Of a stretch of DNA of 64,000 nt, positions 1-11,838 are shown in pieces (position 1 is the first letter of the stretch; every line of letters begins with the position of its first letter). This stretch comes from Selaginella moellendorffii. Taxonomy: Eukaryota; Plantae; Lycopodiophyta. The stretch lies in contig NW_003314375.1 of NCBI RefSeq assembly GCF_000143415.4, positions 248,001-312,000 on the forward strand, in the 5' to 3' direction. Below the pieces are notes generated by a model. It saw only the letters and a list, made by a program, of their open reading frames with translations, was not told the DNA's origin and made no database searches. The translations under genes were made by a program, and so were the position numbers.

Positions 1-1392
1 TTTCTCGCTCTTGATCTGGAAAGAAGCTTTCGGCTGCAATACTTTCCTTTTCCTTTCAAGTGCCTTCTTCGCTTTGGCCTCCCTCTTCGAGCATGCGTTG
101 TTTGTTTGCACCTTGCTTGCTACCTTGAAAGTGCTTGTTGTTCCCTTGGAGCTGTGTGACAAAGGGATTGGCAAAGAAACGTCAAGAAAAGGTTCCAAAA
201 CTGACGAAGAATGGCCGCACTCACAGCAGGTAACCGTGCTCGCAAACTGTCCGCCGAAGAGATGGTCGACGAACGTATGATCTTCTTTTCCGTTGGCTGA
301 GTTCTTCTCCTCCGACTCTTTATGTTTCCCCTCGACCTGAAGACCGTCGAGAAGGCATCGCAGCAACTCGTGGCTATCCTGTTGGTGATAGCCAGAAAAC
401 CGAGAAGACTTCGAACACAGCGCTCCAAACAAACCCTTCGGATTATACGTAGTATAGTCGCGATGCCGCTTCTTGGCATTCCCCGAGAACGCTTCCAGAT
501 TGTCACCATTGATCTCGAGGAAGAACCTCCTCAGCGCAGACGTGAGAGGTCCCTCGGAAGCACCAGCAGCGACAGGATTGAGAAAGTAGTCCTTCAAGTA
601 CCTGACCGCGAGCAAGTTTTGCATGACCGAGTTGAAGAAGCACGTATTCCCCAAGTTGACGAGACCCCGGACGATCCCATTCTTCGGTGACGAGCACTCC
701 ACTGAAGTAGAAGTAGCGGAACGAGCAGCACTCACGCTCTCGTTCTCCTCCTTTCCTTTCCCAGCACCATCACTTTCACTCATCCAGCTCTCCTGGATCA
801 GCCTCACTGCCTGCTGCAGAAGCTTTCCCCTGGCTCCGAGACCAGGAAAACCACCTATGATCGAAGCCTGCGTCGCGATACTTCCCTGACAATCCAAGCA
901 CCATATAGAACTCACATCCCCGCATTGAAGAACGAAAGGATGCCTGTTCCTCCTAAAGTGCTCGATAGCATGACCATGTCCGAGAGGGAGCTGGACTGCC
1001 GACGAAGTCTCCTCCACAGACTTAGCACACCCGACGTGAGCACAGGCCAGGCAAAACCACAGCGAGGAGGAGTCCTCGTTCTCTTGCTGGTTCTTCTTTC
1101 GATTCACCGGCTTCTTCTTCCCATCCTTTGGCTGCTTCTTAGAGCAATCCAGGCAGTTCTGCGAGGCGGCCTCTCGCAGCTTCTCCCCGAGCTTCTCGAC
1201 ATCCACCCCGCGGGTGAAATGCCGGCACTTGACCGCCTGTTCTAGCTCCAATCCATCGCCATTCCTATGCTCGACAGGAGCTGATTCCACTGCTGGAGAT
1301 GGAGATTCATCGCTACACTCACCAGAGGGCTGCTGATCCGGCCGCGGTGGACGAAATCGCTGCTGCGGCCTCCTCTTCGCTTTTTTGGGCAT
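1..1392 (-). CDS. Ubiquitin-specific protease (UBP1/UBP2, USP16/45-like) with zf-UBP; runs off the left edge
   Basis: Manual minus-strand translation from ATG 1392: MPKKAKRR...KCRHF...CLDC...WFCLACAHVGC...GHAIEHF (zf-UBP), Cys box RGLVNLGNTCFFNSVMQNL, YHQQDSHELL, FGGQFASTVTCCECGHSS...EPFLDVSLP. Absent from the ORF track, presumably because no stop is reached inside the window. Confidence 0.93.
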   Translation of the reverse strand, partial: MPKKAKRRPQQRFRPPRPDQQPSGECSDESPSPAVESAPVEHRNGDGLELEQAVKCRHFTRGVDVEKLGEKLREAASQNCLDCSKKQPKDGKKKPVNRKKNQQENEDSSSLWFCLACAHVGCAKSVEETSSAVQLPLGHGHAIEHFRRNRHPFVLQCGDVSSIWCLDCQGSIATQASIIGGFPGLGARGKLLQQAVRLIQESWMSESDGAGKGKEENESVSAARSATSTSVECSSPKNGIVRGLVNLGNTCFFNSVMQNLLAVRYLKDYFLNPVAAGASEGPLTSALRRFFLEINGDNLEAFSGNAKKRHRDYTTYNPKGLFGALCSKSSRFSGYHQQDSHELLRCLLDGLQVEGKHKESEEKNSANGKEDHTFVDHLFGGQFASTVTCCECGHSSSVLEPFLDVSLPIPLSHSSKGTTSTFKVASKVQTNNACSKREAKAKKALERKRKVLQPKASFQIKSEK

Positions 1393-1433
1393 AATCCCTA
1401 GGGCCAAGACCCTAAAAAAAAAGAGAGTAAAAT

Positions 1434-4327
1434 ATGAGCTCCTCTATTATGCTGCTAGCGGTGTTCTTCGTCTTCGCATTCGTGGCGCCGCGAGCGATCG
1501 ATGCCGCCGATCTCGTCATGCGAGTGGATGCTGGAAGCGCTGGCCGGAGGGATTCCATCCACGCTGTTTGGAGTGTTCTTCGAGGTCTGAGCTGCATTTT
1601 TTCATCGATTTTGTCTGAAATTTCGATCGATCGCCCAGGAAATCAACCATGCAGGGGGAGGAGGTCTCTGGGCCGAGCTCGTCAGTAACAGAGGTGATTC
1701 TTTCTTTCAAATTCGTCTCCCGAGATGGATTTCTTTACCTTTTCTCGAAGAGCGATGCTTGGCTTTGTGATTCTTTTCTATCTTCTTGTCCATGGAATTT
1801 GATACGATTTTTCTCTATAGGATTTGAGTCTGGGGGCCAAAACACTCCATCCAACATAGCGCCATGGTACGCGATTGGTGACGAGTCCCAGGTGTGGCTG
1901 GAGTCGGAACGATCCTCTTGCTTTGAGCGAAACCCAGTTGCTTTGAGGATGGAAGTAGTTCGAGAGGTGGAAGGTGGGGTGGGAATCGCCAATCCAGGCT
2001 TTTGGGGAATGGTGATCGTCGCAGTTTCTTGCATGCAAAGCTTGGAGCTGATCATGTTTTGTTTCTAGGACATTCGAGCTGGGAACACATACAAAGTTTC
2101 TCTCTGGGTACGATCTCTCGATAAAGTCAATCTTTCCATTGCGTTTACGTCAAGAAATGGAACAACAACTTTGGCTCAAAGTGATCTCACGTAAGTCTCT
2201 TTTTTTATTTCCTAGCTCTTCCTCTCGTTCTAATGCACACTCTGGAAAGATTGGACGCTTCAGAGGCAGAGGAATGGAGCAAACATGAGATGGTTTTGGA
2301 AGCTTTTGACACCGATCACTACGCTCGACTTGCTCTGACAAGCATGCACAAAGGAGTGTTATGGCTCGACCAGGTTTCAGCGATGCCTGAAGAGACGTAC
2401 AAGGTAACTCGTGCATCGGAACATACGTTTCCAATATCTTCTGCGCAGGGACATGGATTCCGAAAGGAGCTTGCGCTCATGCTTGAAGATTTAAAGCCAG
2501 GATTCGTTCGTTTTCCAGGTGACGAAATCTATCAGGCTTTTCAAGCTAATCACAACTCTTTCCAGGCGGATGTTATGTTGAAGGTGGAAGCCTGCGAAAC
2601 GCGTGGAGATGGAGAGATACAGTCGGCCCCTGGGAGGAAAGGCCTGGTCATTTTGGTGATAAGTGGAATTATTGGTCGGATGACGGGCTCGGGTTTTTTG
2701 AGCTTCTCCAGGTACTCCCTTTTTTTCAAGCTTCGCGACGTAGTTACTCAAGTGATGAAGCTTTTAGCTTTCAGAGGACCTGGAGGCCTTGCCTGTCTGG
2801 GTTTTCAATAACGGTACGTTTTTGGAAGCTTGGAGCAGTATTTTGAGCTGTTGCATGTTTTGTTCTTGCAGGGATCAGTCACTCGGACGAGGTTTTACCG
2901 GAGCTTCTTGATCCTTTCATTCAGGTTTGGATCACTTAAGAAAACCTGGTGGTCTCGTGAAATACGTAAAATACTTTTACACTATCAGGACATTCTTGAC
3001 GGTATTGAGTTTGCAAGGGGACCTATGACTAGTAAATGGGGTCGAGTTCGCGAGGCTATGGGACATCCCGAACCTTTCCCTCTTTTCTACATGGCTATTG
3101 GTAATGAGGACTGCGAGAGGCAGTACTACCACGGTGAGCTCCTTATTTGGATACTCCATTGTTTAACTTATTCAGACTTTGGCCGCAGCGAACTATCTAA
3201 AGTTCTACTATGCGATAAAGGAAGCATATCCAGATATCCATCTGATATCTAACTGCGATGGAACACTAAAACCTCTTGGTCACCCGGCTGATCTGTTCGA
3301 TTTCCATGTACGTAAAGCCTGTTTTTATCTCGAATTTTGTTTTACGCTTTCTCTTTCAGATCTATACGTCTGCAAACACTTTGTTCTCGATGGTTCATAA
3401 ATTCAATCACGTTTCCAGGGATGGTCCGAAGGTATCAGATGTGATTACAAGCACCGGTATATTTATTGCAATGTGTATTCTACAGGTTTTTGTGAGCGAG
3501 TATGCAGTTGTCAAGAGCGACGCAGGACAGGGAAGCTTTCTTGCTGCTCTTGCGGAAGCAGCATTCCTGATTGGTATAGAGCTCAACAGGTTTGATCAAG
3601 CATTCTTCTCTTTGTCTTGTCCTGCTAATAAACGAAGCACCTTGGCAGTGACATAGTCGGAATGGCAAGCTATGCTCCATTGTTTGTCAACACAAACAAC
3701 AGGCGGTATGGAAAATCTATTCTAAGTTCTCAAATTTTTACTGAAAAGCTTTGGTATCTTGTCTAGATGGAATCCCGATGCTATAGTTTTCGATTCATGG
3801 CAACAGTATGGAACACCAAGCTATTGGATGCAGCACTTCTTTAAGATGTCAAACGGGGCAAAACTTTTACCGTTCGTGGTCGAGAGTTTAAACACAAGCG
3901 CAGTACCCGTAGTTTTATCTGCTGTACGCATAGAAGATGGAACCAGCCTCGTGTTAAAGGTAAAGAATTCTCTTCGCATAGCATGCTAACGAGTGATTAC
4001 GTCGAGCAGGCTGTGAACTATGGACAGTTTCCAGTAGAGATTCGAGTGTCTCTGGAGGGAGTTTTGTCCAACGAGATCGATATTTTTGCTTCGACCATCA
4101 CAGTTCTTTCTAGCGAAAGCCTCATGGACGAAAACTCGTTCCAGAATCCTCACAAGGTAAGCCAAGTCCATTCTATTCACGATCGAGCAATAGAGAATTT
4201 TTTACAGGTGGTGCCTATAACGAGCTTGTTCCTTAGCGCGGCAACCGACATGGAACTCTCACTGCCGCCTTACTCCATCGTTGCGCTTGGTCTTCCACTG
4301 TTATCTTCCTCGAGAGCTGATATATAG
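1434..4327 (+). CDS. Alpha-L-arabinofuranosidase (GH51, ASD1/ARAF-like), multi-exon, with a 1-nt frameshift in exon 1 near 1551
   Basis: Signal peptide MSSSIMLLAVFFVFAFVA; exons give IPSTLFGVFFE|EINHAGGGGLWAELVSNR|GFESGGQNTPSNIAPW, KPGFVRFPG, GNEDC, VFVSEYAV, WNPDAIVFDSWQQYGTPSYWMQHFF, ENSFQNP. The signal-peptide frame and the IPSTLFG frame differ by one base. Confidence 0.92.
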
Positions 4328-4363
4328 TGTACGTAAAGCTCTTGTTAAAAAAACGCAAAGGTT

Positions 4364-5757
4364 TTAGGCTGACGGTCTTTGGAGCTGAGCTTCTTTCAAT
4401 CTTTCTCTCAGAGTAGAGATTCTTCCGGATGATGGCTGGCCCAGGGCGATCAATGCACGCCTCACTGCCGCTGCCTCCATAGCATCAATCTCATCGGCTG
4501 TGAGTGGCGCTGAAAGAGATTTCGGCAGTGGAGGTGGTGCTGGCTCTGAGCCACCAAGCATCCTTGGAGGTGCTTTCCATGGCATTGCCTTTCGTGCCTG
4601 GACACATCAACGTTAACATGAGAAGAACGATTTCGAGCAGCGATACCTGTGAAACGAGGCTTTCAAGCTCTTTATACGTCGGCTGGTTTGGAAACTTTCC
4701 AAGGAGCTCGCTGTTTCCATCCCAGGACATCAAGTATACCTGTTTCCACCCACCAAAAAACCATGAGGACGATTTTTTTTTTCGTAGGCCTAAAGCTCAA
4801 ACTTACGTGCCAGTCGTAGGAATAACATTTTAGAAGCCGGACCACTCCTCCAGTGGAAGAGGATGTAACGTTTGAGGCTTCTCCGATTCGTTGCTCAATG
4901 AGGCTGTAGACTCTCTCGAAATTTTCCAAGAATTCCTCAGCTTTCCTGTAAATATGATTATCAAAAGTCGATGAAAAACATCTCAAAAACCAACCTTTTC
5001 CATGGTCCAAATCCAAAGTCCGAAACAACTTGGCCCGATGCTTTCCACTGTGGATTTACCAGAAGAAGTGGCCTTGTTGGATCGCTCTTGACCAAAGATC
5101 TAATCTGCCATGAGAAAGCTTTATAATCGAAAACCAAGGATTCGAGAAAGAGGAACTTACCTGGTTGAGTGTCTCAGCTATAGGAAAAACAACGGCTGCA
5201 ATGGTCTTCGACGAAGGATAGATTAATCCGACTGGATCCATCTCGTTCTCAACTTCGCCAATTCTTCGTGAATCCACTGCTTGGCCTTCTTGCATTCCAC
5301 AAAAAATTGCGGTGACCATTTTGCTGCAAGCCTGGAATTCCTCTCCAACACCACAAGGATAGTCCCTGCTCGAGCAAAAAATCTATAGGTAGCTCTGGAA
5401 TTATAGAACATAGAAAGTACCTCGGCTCCGTGTCGAGAAAATTAAATTCTCGCTGGTTCACCGGGAGTAGAAGCTCTAGCTGCTGCGTTTTCTTGCCATC
5501 GTCCACGGCTCTTTGGATTGCTTCTCTAGCCTGAACCGCGGCGGTAAGTCGCAGAGCGAACATCGAGAGAATACCTGATCGATCGAATCCTCGAGGGTTT
5601 GGGGATTGGCGCAAGGCCCATCGATGACGAGCGCCCCTACAATGCAGGACTTCTTGGATGCTCGAGCTGCTGCATGGCGCCTTTCTCGAAATATTTGACA
5701 TGATCGTCGTCGCGAGCAAAGTGGCGGAATGGGAAGGAACGCACTAATGACCGCCAT
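4364..5757 (-). CDS. DUF1995-family (LPA3-related) putative chloroplast protein with a C-terminal SAP-like motif
   Basis: Transit-peptide-like N-terminus; AVQAREAIQRAVDDGKKTQQLELLLP, RPLLLVNPQW, SDFGFGPW, EEFLENFERVYSL, VRLLKCYSYDWH, QPTYKEL fit DUF1995; ends VRRALIALGQPSSGRISTLRERL. Confidence 0.75.
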
Positions 5758-5942
5758 AGCTCATCCATAGGAAATGGACGATCTGGATGCTTTCAATGGC
5801 AACGAACGGCGGGGATGACTATTAGAAGTTAAAGGTCAGTGGCGGGTTTTTTAAAATCTAGGGCTAGACATTTCCTTAATCTCGTGGACTTTCCATCCGG
5901 AATGACCACCAGATGAGGTATATAAGAAATGGAGGGACGTTA

Positions 5943-5950
5943 AAACCCTA
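5943..5950 (+). promoter_or_regulatory. Telobox (AAACCCTA) upstream of RRM-LOTUS-RING copy 1
   Basis: Exact motif 10 bp before ATG 5961, with TATAAGAA at about 5921; the same arrangement is kept in copy 2 (23754-23761). Confidence 0.6.
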
Positions 5951-5960
5951 GAACAGAGTG

Positions 5961-7157
5961 ATGTTAGGCCTTAGGCGCCCGAGCGATCGGGCCAAATGCG
6001 GGAGTAATTCGCTCATCCAGCAGCTGTCGAGGTCAGGATCCATCTCGAGTGAATGCGCAGCGCTGGCGGGCTCCGATTCGCGCAGAATGAAGAAGGTTCT
6101 CTTCTCCGGCTTGCCTGAGTTCGTCGATTCGGGTAAGCGCTCGCGCTCGCGATCGAAATCCCTCTCTTCTACGCAGATATTTCCATCGATCGCCTCGTAA
6201 TCTCGCGCATTTGTCTGCAGAGGCCCTGTTTTGCTTCCTCGAGGAGAATTTCGGCCCGGTCTTGGACGCGGTCGTGCTTCCATTCCATTCGGCCGACGGC
6301 CAGCGAGGGAGGTTTGGCATCGTGACATTCAGGAACAAGAACTCTTTCCTTGAAGCGACCCGGACGAAGAGCGGGTACATCTATGGAAAGAGGGTACGCT
6401 GCTGAAAATTCTCCCAAGCTTCATTCTTTTCCATGCCTGGCAGACTATGATCGACGTGCTGGACGCTCGTGTTGCCAAAGACTTACTCCCCCAAGCCGAT
6501 GACATCTCGAAGAAGGAAGACGCTCCTCCGGCAAGCCTGGTGAATTCTCCATCGCTTCCTCCCTGGGCTCAGAGGTTCCGAGACTGGCTGCCTGGTTTTC
6601 TGACCGAGGTTTCCAAGCGCCTCGAGGAAGGGGAAGCTTATCCACTCTGCTCGCTCAAAGGAGACTTCCGGGCAACCTGTGGGCTGGAGATCGACCACGC
6701 AGCACTTGGTTTCGAGAAACTGAGCGACTTCATTCGTGCGTGGCCGGAAATCTGCGAGCCGAAAGTCGAGCCAGTGGGTTTGGGACCAGCGACACACGTA
6801 GTCCTCAAGAGTGTCCCGCCGGCCACCACAGAGGCTACGAAGCTCGAGCAGGCGAACAAGTTGCCAGAGCCACGGCCGTCTCCAGCTCTGCAGCCAAGCG
6901 ACACCTTCCAGGACTCCTTGTTCAGCCGCAACATATTCCTGGACAACGTCGAGAACATCCCGCCATCTCTGAACCAATGCAGTGGGGTGACGTGCAAGCT
7001 CTGCAAGGATTGCGCAGCTTCGGCTCGATGGTTTGCCATTCCTTGCGGGCATCTGGTTCTGTGCGACTTGTGCAAGGAGAGCGTCGACAAGTGCGCTCAG
7101 ACCTGGAGCATCCCGTGCCTCGTGTGCTGTGACGCCGTCGAGACGTGGATCGCGTGA
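5961..7157 (+). CDS. RRM + OST-HTH/LOTUS + C-terminal RING protein, copy 1 (3 exons)
   Basis: KKVLFSGLP (RNP2), RFGIVTF (RNP1), YPLCSLKGDFRATCGLEIDHAALGFEKLSDFIRAWPEIC (LOTUS), CKLC...PCGHLVLCDLC...CLVC (RING-HC). Two GT-AG introns join the frames cleanly. Confidence 0.85.
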
Positions 7158-7798
7158 CAACAGCTTCGTAATCAGCAAAAGGTATGGCTTTTGTGGATCA
7201 CTTTGGTACTTCCCAAGAACAGTCTAGCTCTAAGCTCCATTCTTGAAAGTTTCCCGTTCTAACTCGTGTTGCTTGCAGGAAGACTTTACTACTATTTGCG
7301 ATTGCGTTACGAAAAATAAAAAGCAAGCCAATGCTGGACTTCGAGCTAGGTTCTCCCTCATGGAGTAATATCCTCGCGCGACCTTCTCATGTAAGTCTTG
7401 ATCAAGCTGTGACACCGTCTCAAATTTCTCTTGGCACGCAAGTTTTGCAGGTGTGCCCAAAGCTATAAAGCTCGATGGTGTTGATACGCTGCCTTCATTG
7501 CCATTAACGACAACTCCGATTCCATGGAGGCCGCAAAGTGGCGAGGTTCTAGAGCAGCATCGCGAACTTCTCTTCACTAGCGTAGAAGTTGGGCTTTTGG
7601 AAGCTTTGGTCATCCACCAATGGCCACACAGCGGCATATAACTCTAAACCGCCAGGGAAAGCCAAGCTCCTCGATCTACATCGCGATTGTCGGGGTGGAG
7701 GATCAAAGGTGGCCATCTCAAATCTTCTCTGTAAAAACATTCCTTGTGAATAGATCACGTATGTTTGCTTGAAGACTCGTCAGTTCTTGTTGAGGTCT

Positions 7799-7842
7799 TC
7801 ATTGATTTTCTTCTTCATCTTCTCCTTCATCGTCTCGTTTTC

Positions 7843-7873
<31 letters not shown>

Positions 7874-8571
7874 GTCTTCCTCCTCTTCTTCTTGTTCTTC
7901 TACTTCTTCTGGTCCTTCTTCTTCTTCGGATTCTTCTTCTCCAGTGTCTTGCTCGGCGGAATCACTTGAGTCGCTTAGAAGCTCCGGTTGATCTTGGACG
8001 CGGCCGCCCACTGCTTGCTGTGCTGCTAAAATGGCTTCCGGCGTGTAAAGTTCCGTGACTCCGAGTGCCAGGTCCTGGATATTCCAAATCCGGTCAGTGG
8101 AAGCTCCCAAAGTTCACGTACCATTCGAATGTGAGGAGCTTCTTCTCCATTTGTCAAGTGCTCTATGTCTAGTTTCGCTGAGCCTTTCTCCTGGATTTGT
8201 GCAAAGAGCAAAAGGTAAATCCCAAAGAAGAAATCACACGAACAAAAACCTGATCATCCGAAGAAAGCTTGCGATTTGCCGTGTCTATCAAAGGTAAAAA
8301 TTCTTTGACCCTGCTCAAGACTGACAGACGATCAGAAGATTGTTCCGTTGGATTTTCCCCTTCATTACATACACGCAATCTCTTTTCTAGTCAAAATCAA
8401 AAGAGCGCATTTGACCTTGAGGCGATCGATCCGTGAAAAAAATAAACGCTTACCCAGAGGAGTGATGCGCTCCAGACCCAGCAAATCCCCAGAACGCTGC
8501 AAAGAAAATGCGCGAAGGCAATGGCTCTAGAAGGAAAACGAATGCGGTCGCCATACCTTGCTTCCTCCCAT
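7799..8571 (-). CDS. DUF4598 / NOPCHAP1 (C12orf45)-like protein with an acidic tail, multi-exon
   Basis: MGGSK|RSGDLLGLE...SVLSRVKEFLPLIDTANRKL...LDIEHL...PHIRM|DLALGVTEL followed by poly-E; telobox next to the ATG (about 8576-8583). Confidence 0.7.
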
Positions 8572-8637
8572 GGCAAAACCCTAAACCCGGAAATTATCAA
8601 AATTTGGTTCGAATTTAAGCGCTAATGTCCGTACGAA

Positions 8638-9067
8638 ATGGAACACGCACAACAAGGTATTCCTTCAATTAAATATTTGTAGCATGAACTTGAATATATT
8701 CTGATAGGGACCAGAGGAGCCAATCAAGCGTCATGGAGGATGGAGCAAACAAGAGCATATGGCCTTGATATGTAAGCAGCAGGAACACTTGCAGAGCCCA
8801 GAAGAAAGGAGGAACTTGTCTCATAAAGCTGTATGGGAGGAGATTATAGAGAACATCCAAGATAAAACTGGCAGCCAATGCTTCCGTCAATGGAGGATTC
8901 TTGTTTTAATGTACAGGAATCTAAGGTGTCACTTCAGTAAGCACCCTGAACAGTATTTCCCACTTTCTAGAAAACAATATTATGACTATGGGATCCTCAA
9001 ACATATGAATAGAGATATTTTTGAGGTAGTGGATGCTTTCATTCGATACAAGATTAGGTGGAACTAA
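8638..9067 (+). pseudogene. Myb/SANT-like (trihelix) domain gene, probably frameshifted in exon 1
   Basis: GWSKQEHMALIC...KAVWEEI...KTGSQCFRQWRILVLMY (W-W-W trihelix pattern). Near-duplicate at 16188-16623; exon 1 here is 1 nt longer than in that copy. Confidence 0.6.
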
Positions 9068-9165
9068 ACCTAGCCAAAACTAAATCTTTCTTTTCAACCT
9101 TGATCGTGCATGCTTTATTCACGAGATTCACGTGCTTTAAAAAGCATAAAATTCTAAGATGAAAA

Positions 9166-9247
9166 CGTGAGCGGCAGGATTCGAACCTGCGCGGGCAGAG
9201 CCCACATGATTTCTAGTCATGCCCGATAACCACTCCGGCACGCTCAC
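9166..9247 (-). tRNA. tRNA-Ser(AGA)
   Basis: Reverse complement GTGAGCGTGCCGGAGTGGTTATCGGGCATGACT-AGA-AATCATGTGGGCTCTGCCCGCGCAGGTTCGAATCCTGCCGCTCACG: 7-bp acceptor stem, A and B boxes, long variable arm, downstream T run. Confidence 0.97.
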
Positions 9248-10144
9248 AATTACGTGATGTCAAGAGAAAAAGATTAATATGTGCATAGACTTTGATTAAT
9301 ATCAAAGCCATAACGCATATTCCCCATAGAACCAATCACGCTTTTGGAACACGTTGAAAACCGCTTGGCTTTTGCATGCGTACTCGCCGTGAAGCTACGA
9401 GATTAGAGACTTAAGGAACAACCACTTTGTATCTTTTGCCGTGTCCAAGGCAACCCAATCTATTTGGTCCCCAGCTTTTCTGGAAAATTAAAATACTTCT
9501 ACTATCAATCTGGTTGGCTGCTAAAAGAGGACCAAAGGATTCCCACGGACATGCGAAAGCTGCGTTTTAGATCTGTAATTACTTCGTAAGTTGCGTTACC
9601 GTGTCAAAGTTGATTCTAAAGCTCCTTGACTTACAGACTAATTAATGGCTAGAACCTTAGCGGCTTCCCCGACAATGAGATTGAGAAACTATTAGTGCTT
9701 GAAACATTTACCCTGTTATTTGAAGACAATTCCCTTCTCCCGAACTTTCAGTCCTTACAGCAAGAATCTTTGAAGTTTCACAAGTCTGAAGGATCTAGCA
9801 ACACTTAACAGTAAGCCCACGCTACAGCGTTTTTCCGTAATCGAGCATTGTAACTTGAGCTAATGTGGAAAGAGATCTCCCCGTGAACTAAACTGATGTA
9901 ATTCTATTTGTTATGAAAGTTCAATGCATTGTGCTACTTTCATCCCTTGAAACACTGCACGAAGATAAACTCAGATTAGAGCAATTTAGCTTGGGTTCTT
10001 ACTTCCAGATTAAACCGGTTTCCTGGCGATTTCTTGTAGTCACTGTAAGAAGCGATTTCCTGATACGAGCTTGCCTTCGTCACCACGTTGTACCTACACA
10101 CATTGTCACGTTAATAGGATTAAAATTGAGATAACGAAAGTTTC

Positions 10145-11838
10145 TTATGCTTGCCTCTTCCTTTTCTGAGGAGCCCTTTACGAACAACAGGGACGCGAGC
10201 AAAGAACAAAACACAATGGTCAGAAAGATAAAGTCCCCGGAAGTAGCAAGCAAAATATAAACACGAAGAAACTGTGGAAAGAAAAGAGGCAAATTTGCGA
10301 AAAGAAACTCTAATCCACCCGCGCACCTCCAGATCAAGTTGTTACCCCTTGGCCACAAAAATATGAGTCCTGCCAGTAGCGCTGCTCCACTGATAACCTG
10401 TAAGCTAGTAAACACGGACTGAATAAACTGGAACACAAACGAAAAGCTCTCAGGTGGCCGGTTTACCTGCTTAACCAATCCACCCACAGAAGTTTGATTC
10501 TTGCACTCGGGAATTCCCTCTGTCAATTCCACTGGAACTCCTTCAAGTTCAAACTGCGAAGAAGGCACGAAGACTTAAGCGAGAGAAAAGTAAACATATA
10601 ATTACCTCTTTTTCTTGGTCTGGCTGTGCACCGTTTTTTCCTGCGAGCTCCCATTCTTCATCCTCGAAATTATCCGGTTCCACTGGCTCATCTCCACGGT
10701 TTAGTCCGGGCAATAGCTGCTCGGAAACGTTTTTCACTTCGTCGCCTGTTTCCGGGACCATGGAGGACTCTTCACTGTTAGCTTGCGAGCTTTGGCACTC
10801 GCTAATGACAGTTTCCGGCGCTTGAGACGGGAACGTCGCTGCCTGGCTTTCGAATCGACCGAGCTGATGGATTGGCCTCGGTGGCTTCTCCTCGCACAAA
10901 CTCAGCCGCTTTATTCTTTGCTGCACTTCCTTAAAGTTTGGCACTCCTCCCTCGTCAATGGCAACAGCTGCGGCAGCTCCACGTCTCAGACCCTCGTGAA
11001 CTCTTCTGTTTTTCACTTTCGTGAGCGGAGAATTCAAGCGGTCTAGCTCCTGTGCGTACAGCAATGTTACAAAGGTAAATGAAACCTGTTTGAACTGTTT
11101 TACCTGTCGGAATGAATTCTCAAGTGCTTCTATTCTTGCTCTGATCTTCCCAGAAATCGTTCGCCTTTTGCGTGTCCTTGGAACCGGTCCAATGCCACAA
11201 GCTTGCGAACTGGCAGCCGAGTAGTACTTGTGACCCCCGGAGTTATGTTGAGTTCTCTCCGAGAAGCTGACGCAAACATGCTCGCTAAACTGCATGCCTC
11301 GCTTCGTCGATGCGTCAGCTTGTCCAGTTTTCGGAGGCATGTCCACAGTTATCCATTCCACCAGCGAGCACGGTACCGAACACGTATCGTCGGATTGTTT
11401 CTGATGGCCAGGCACGTCCACGGAAATCCATCCTGTGTTTTCTGGCGATTTTGCGAGAGTGTCTTGATCGTAGACGATAGAAGCAGCTTGATCTTCTGGT
11501 TTAACCGGAGCTGGGATAGAAACCCAGTCACGCTCTTTGGTGTCAACGTTTCCCAGCAAAGAGGCACCCGGATCATCAATGATCGTCGAGGCATGCATTC
11601 GATCTTCCGAGGGAGCTTCATCCACTTCGATCATTCCAGACTCCTCGATGAGTTTGGTTGCCTCGCAAGAGTGGTCTCCTTTAAGAAGCTCAAGGATTTC
11701 GTCTGGTGAAGCATTAAGGCAGCCACTTTGATCCTTTTCTGGAGCATCAAGAGCCTTGCTTTCTTGTTTCGAGGCTTGCGGAAATGCGAATTCATGGTCG
11801 GTGTCCACAGCACTGTAAGACGAAGTGATTTCAGCCAT
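10145..11838 (-). CDS. Uncharacterised acidic, probably disordered protein with a short coiled coil and a C-terminal TM helix
   Basis: Long ORF 10549-11847 split by plausible short introns; KIRARIEALENSF; TM-like VISGAALLAGLIFLW followed by basic residues. The 3' end is uncertain. Confidence 0.6.

Noticed and set aside
11-1245. Plus-strand ORFs over the first 1.2 kb
   Set aside because: Antisense shadows of the minus-strand UBP gene.
7230-7760. Short ORFs and a GT-AG pair between the RING gene and the DUF4598 gene
   Set aside because: The spliced product stops after about 25 codons and no motif is recognisable; probably UTR or intergenic.
7765-8058. Leu/Phe-rich membrane-like ORFs
   Set aside because: Antisense reading of the GAA/GAG poly-Glu tract.
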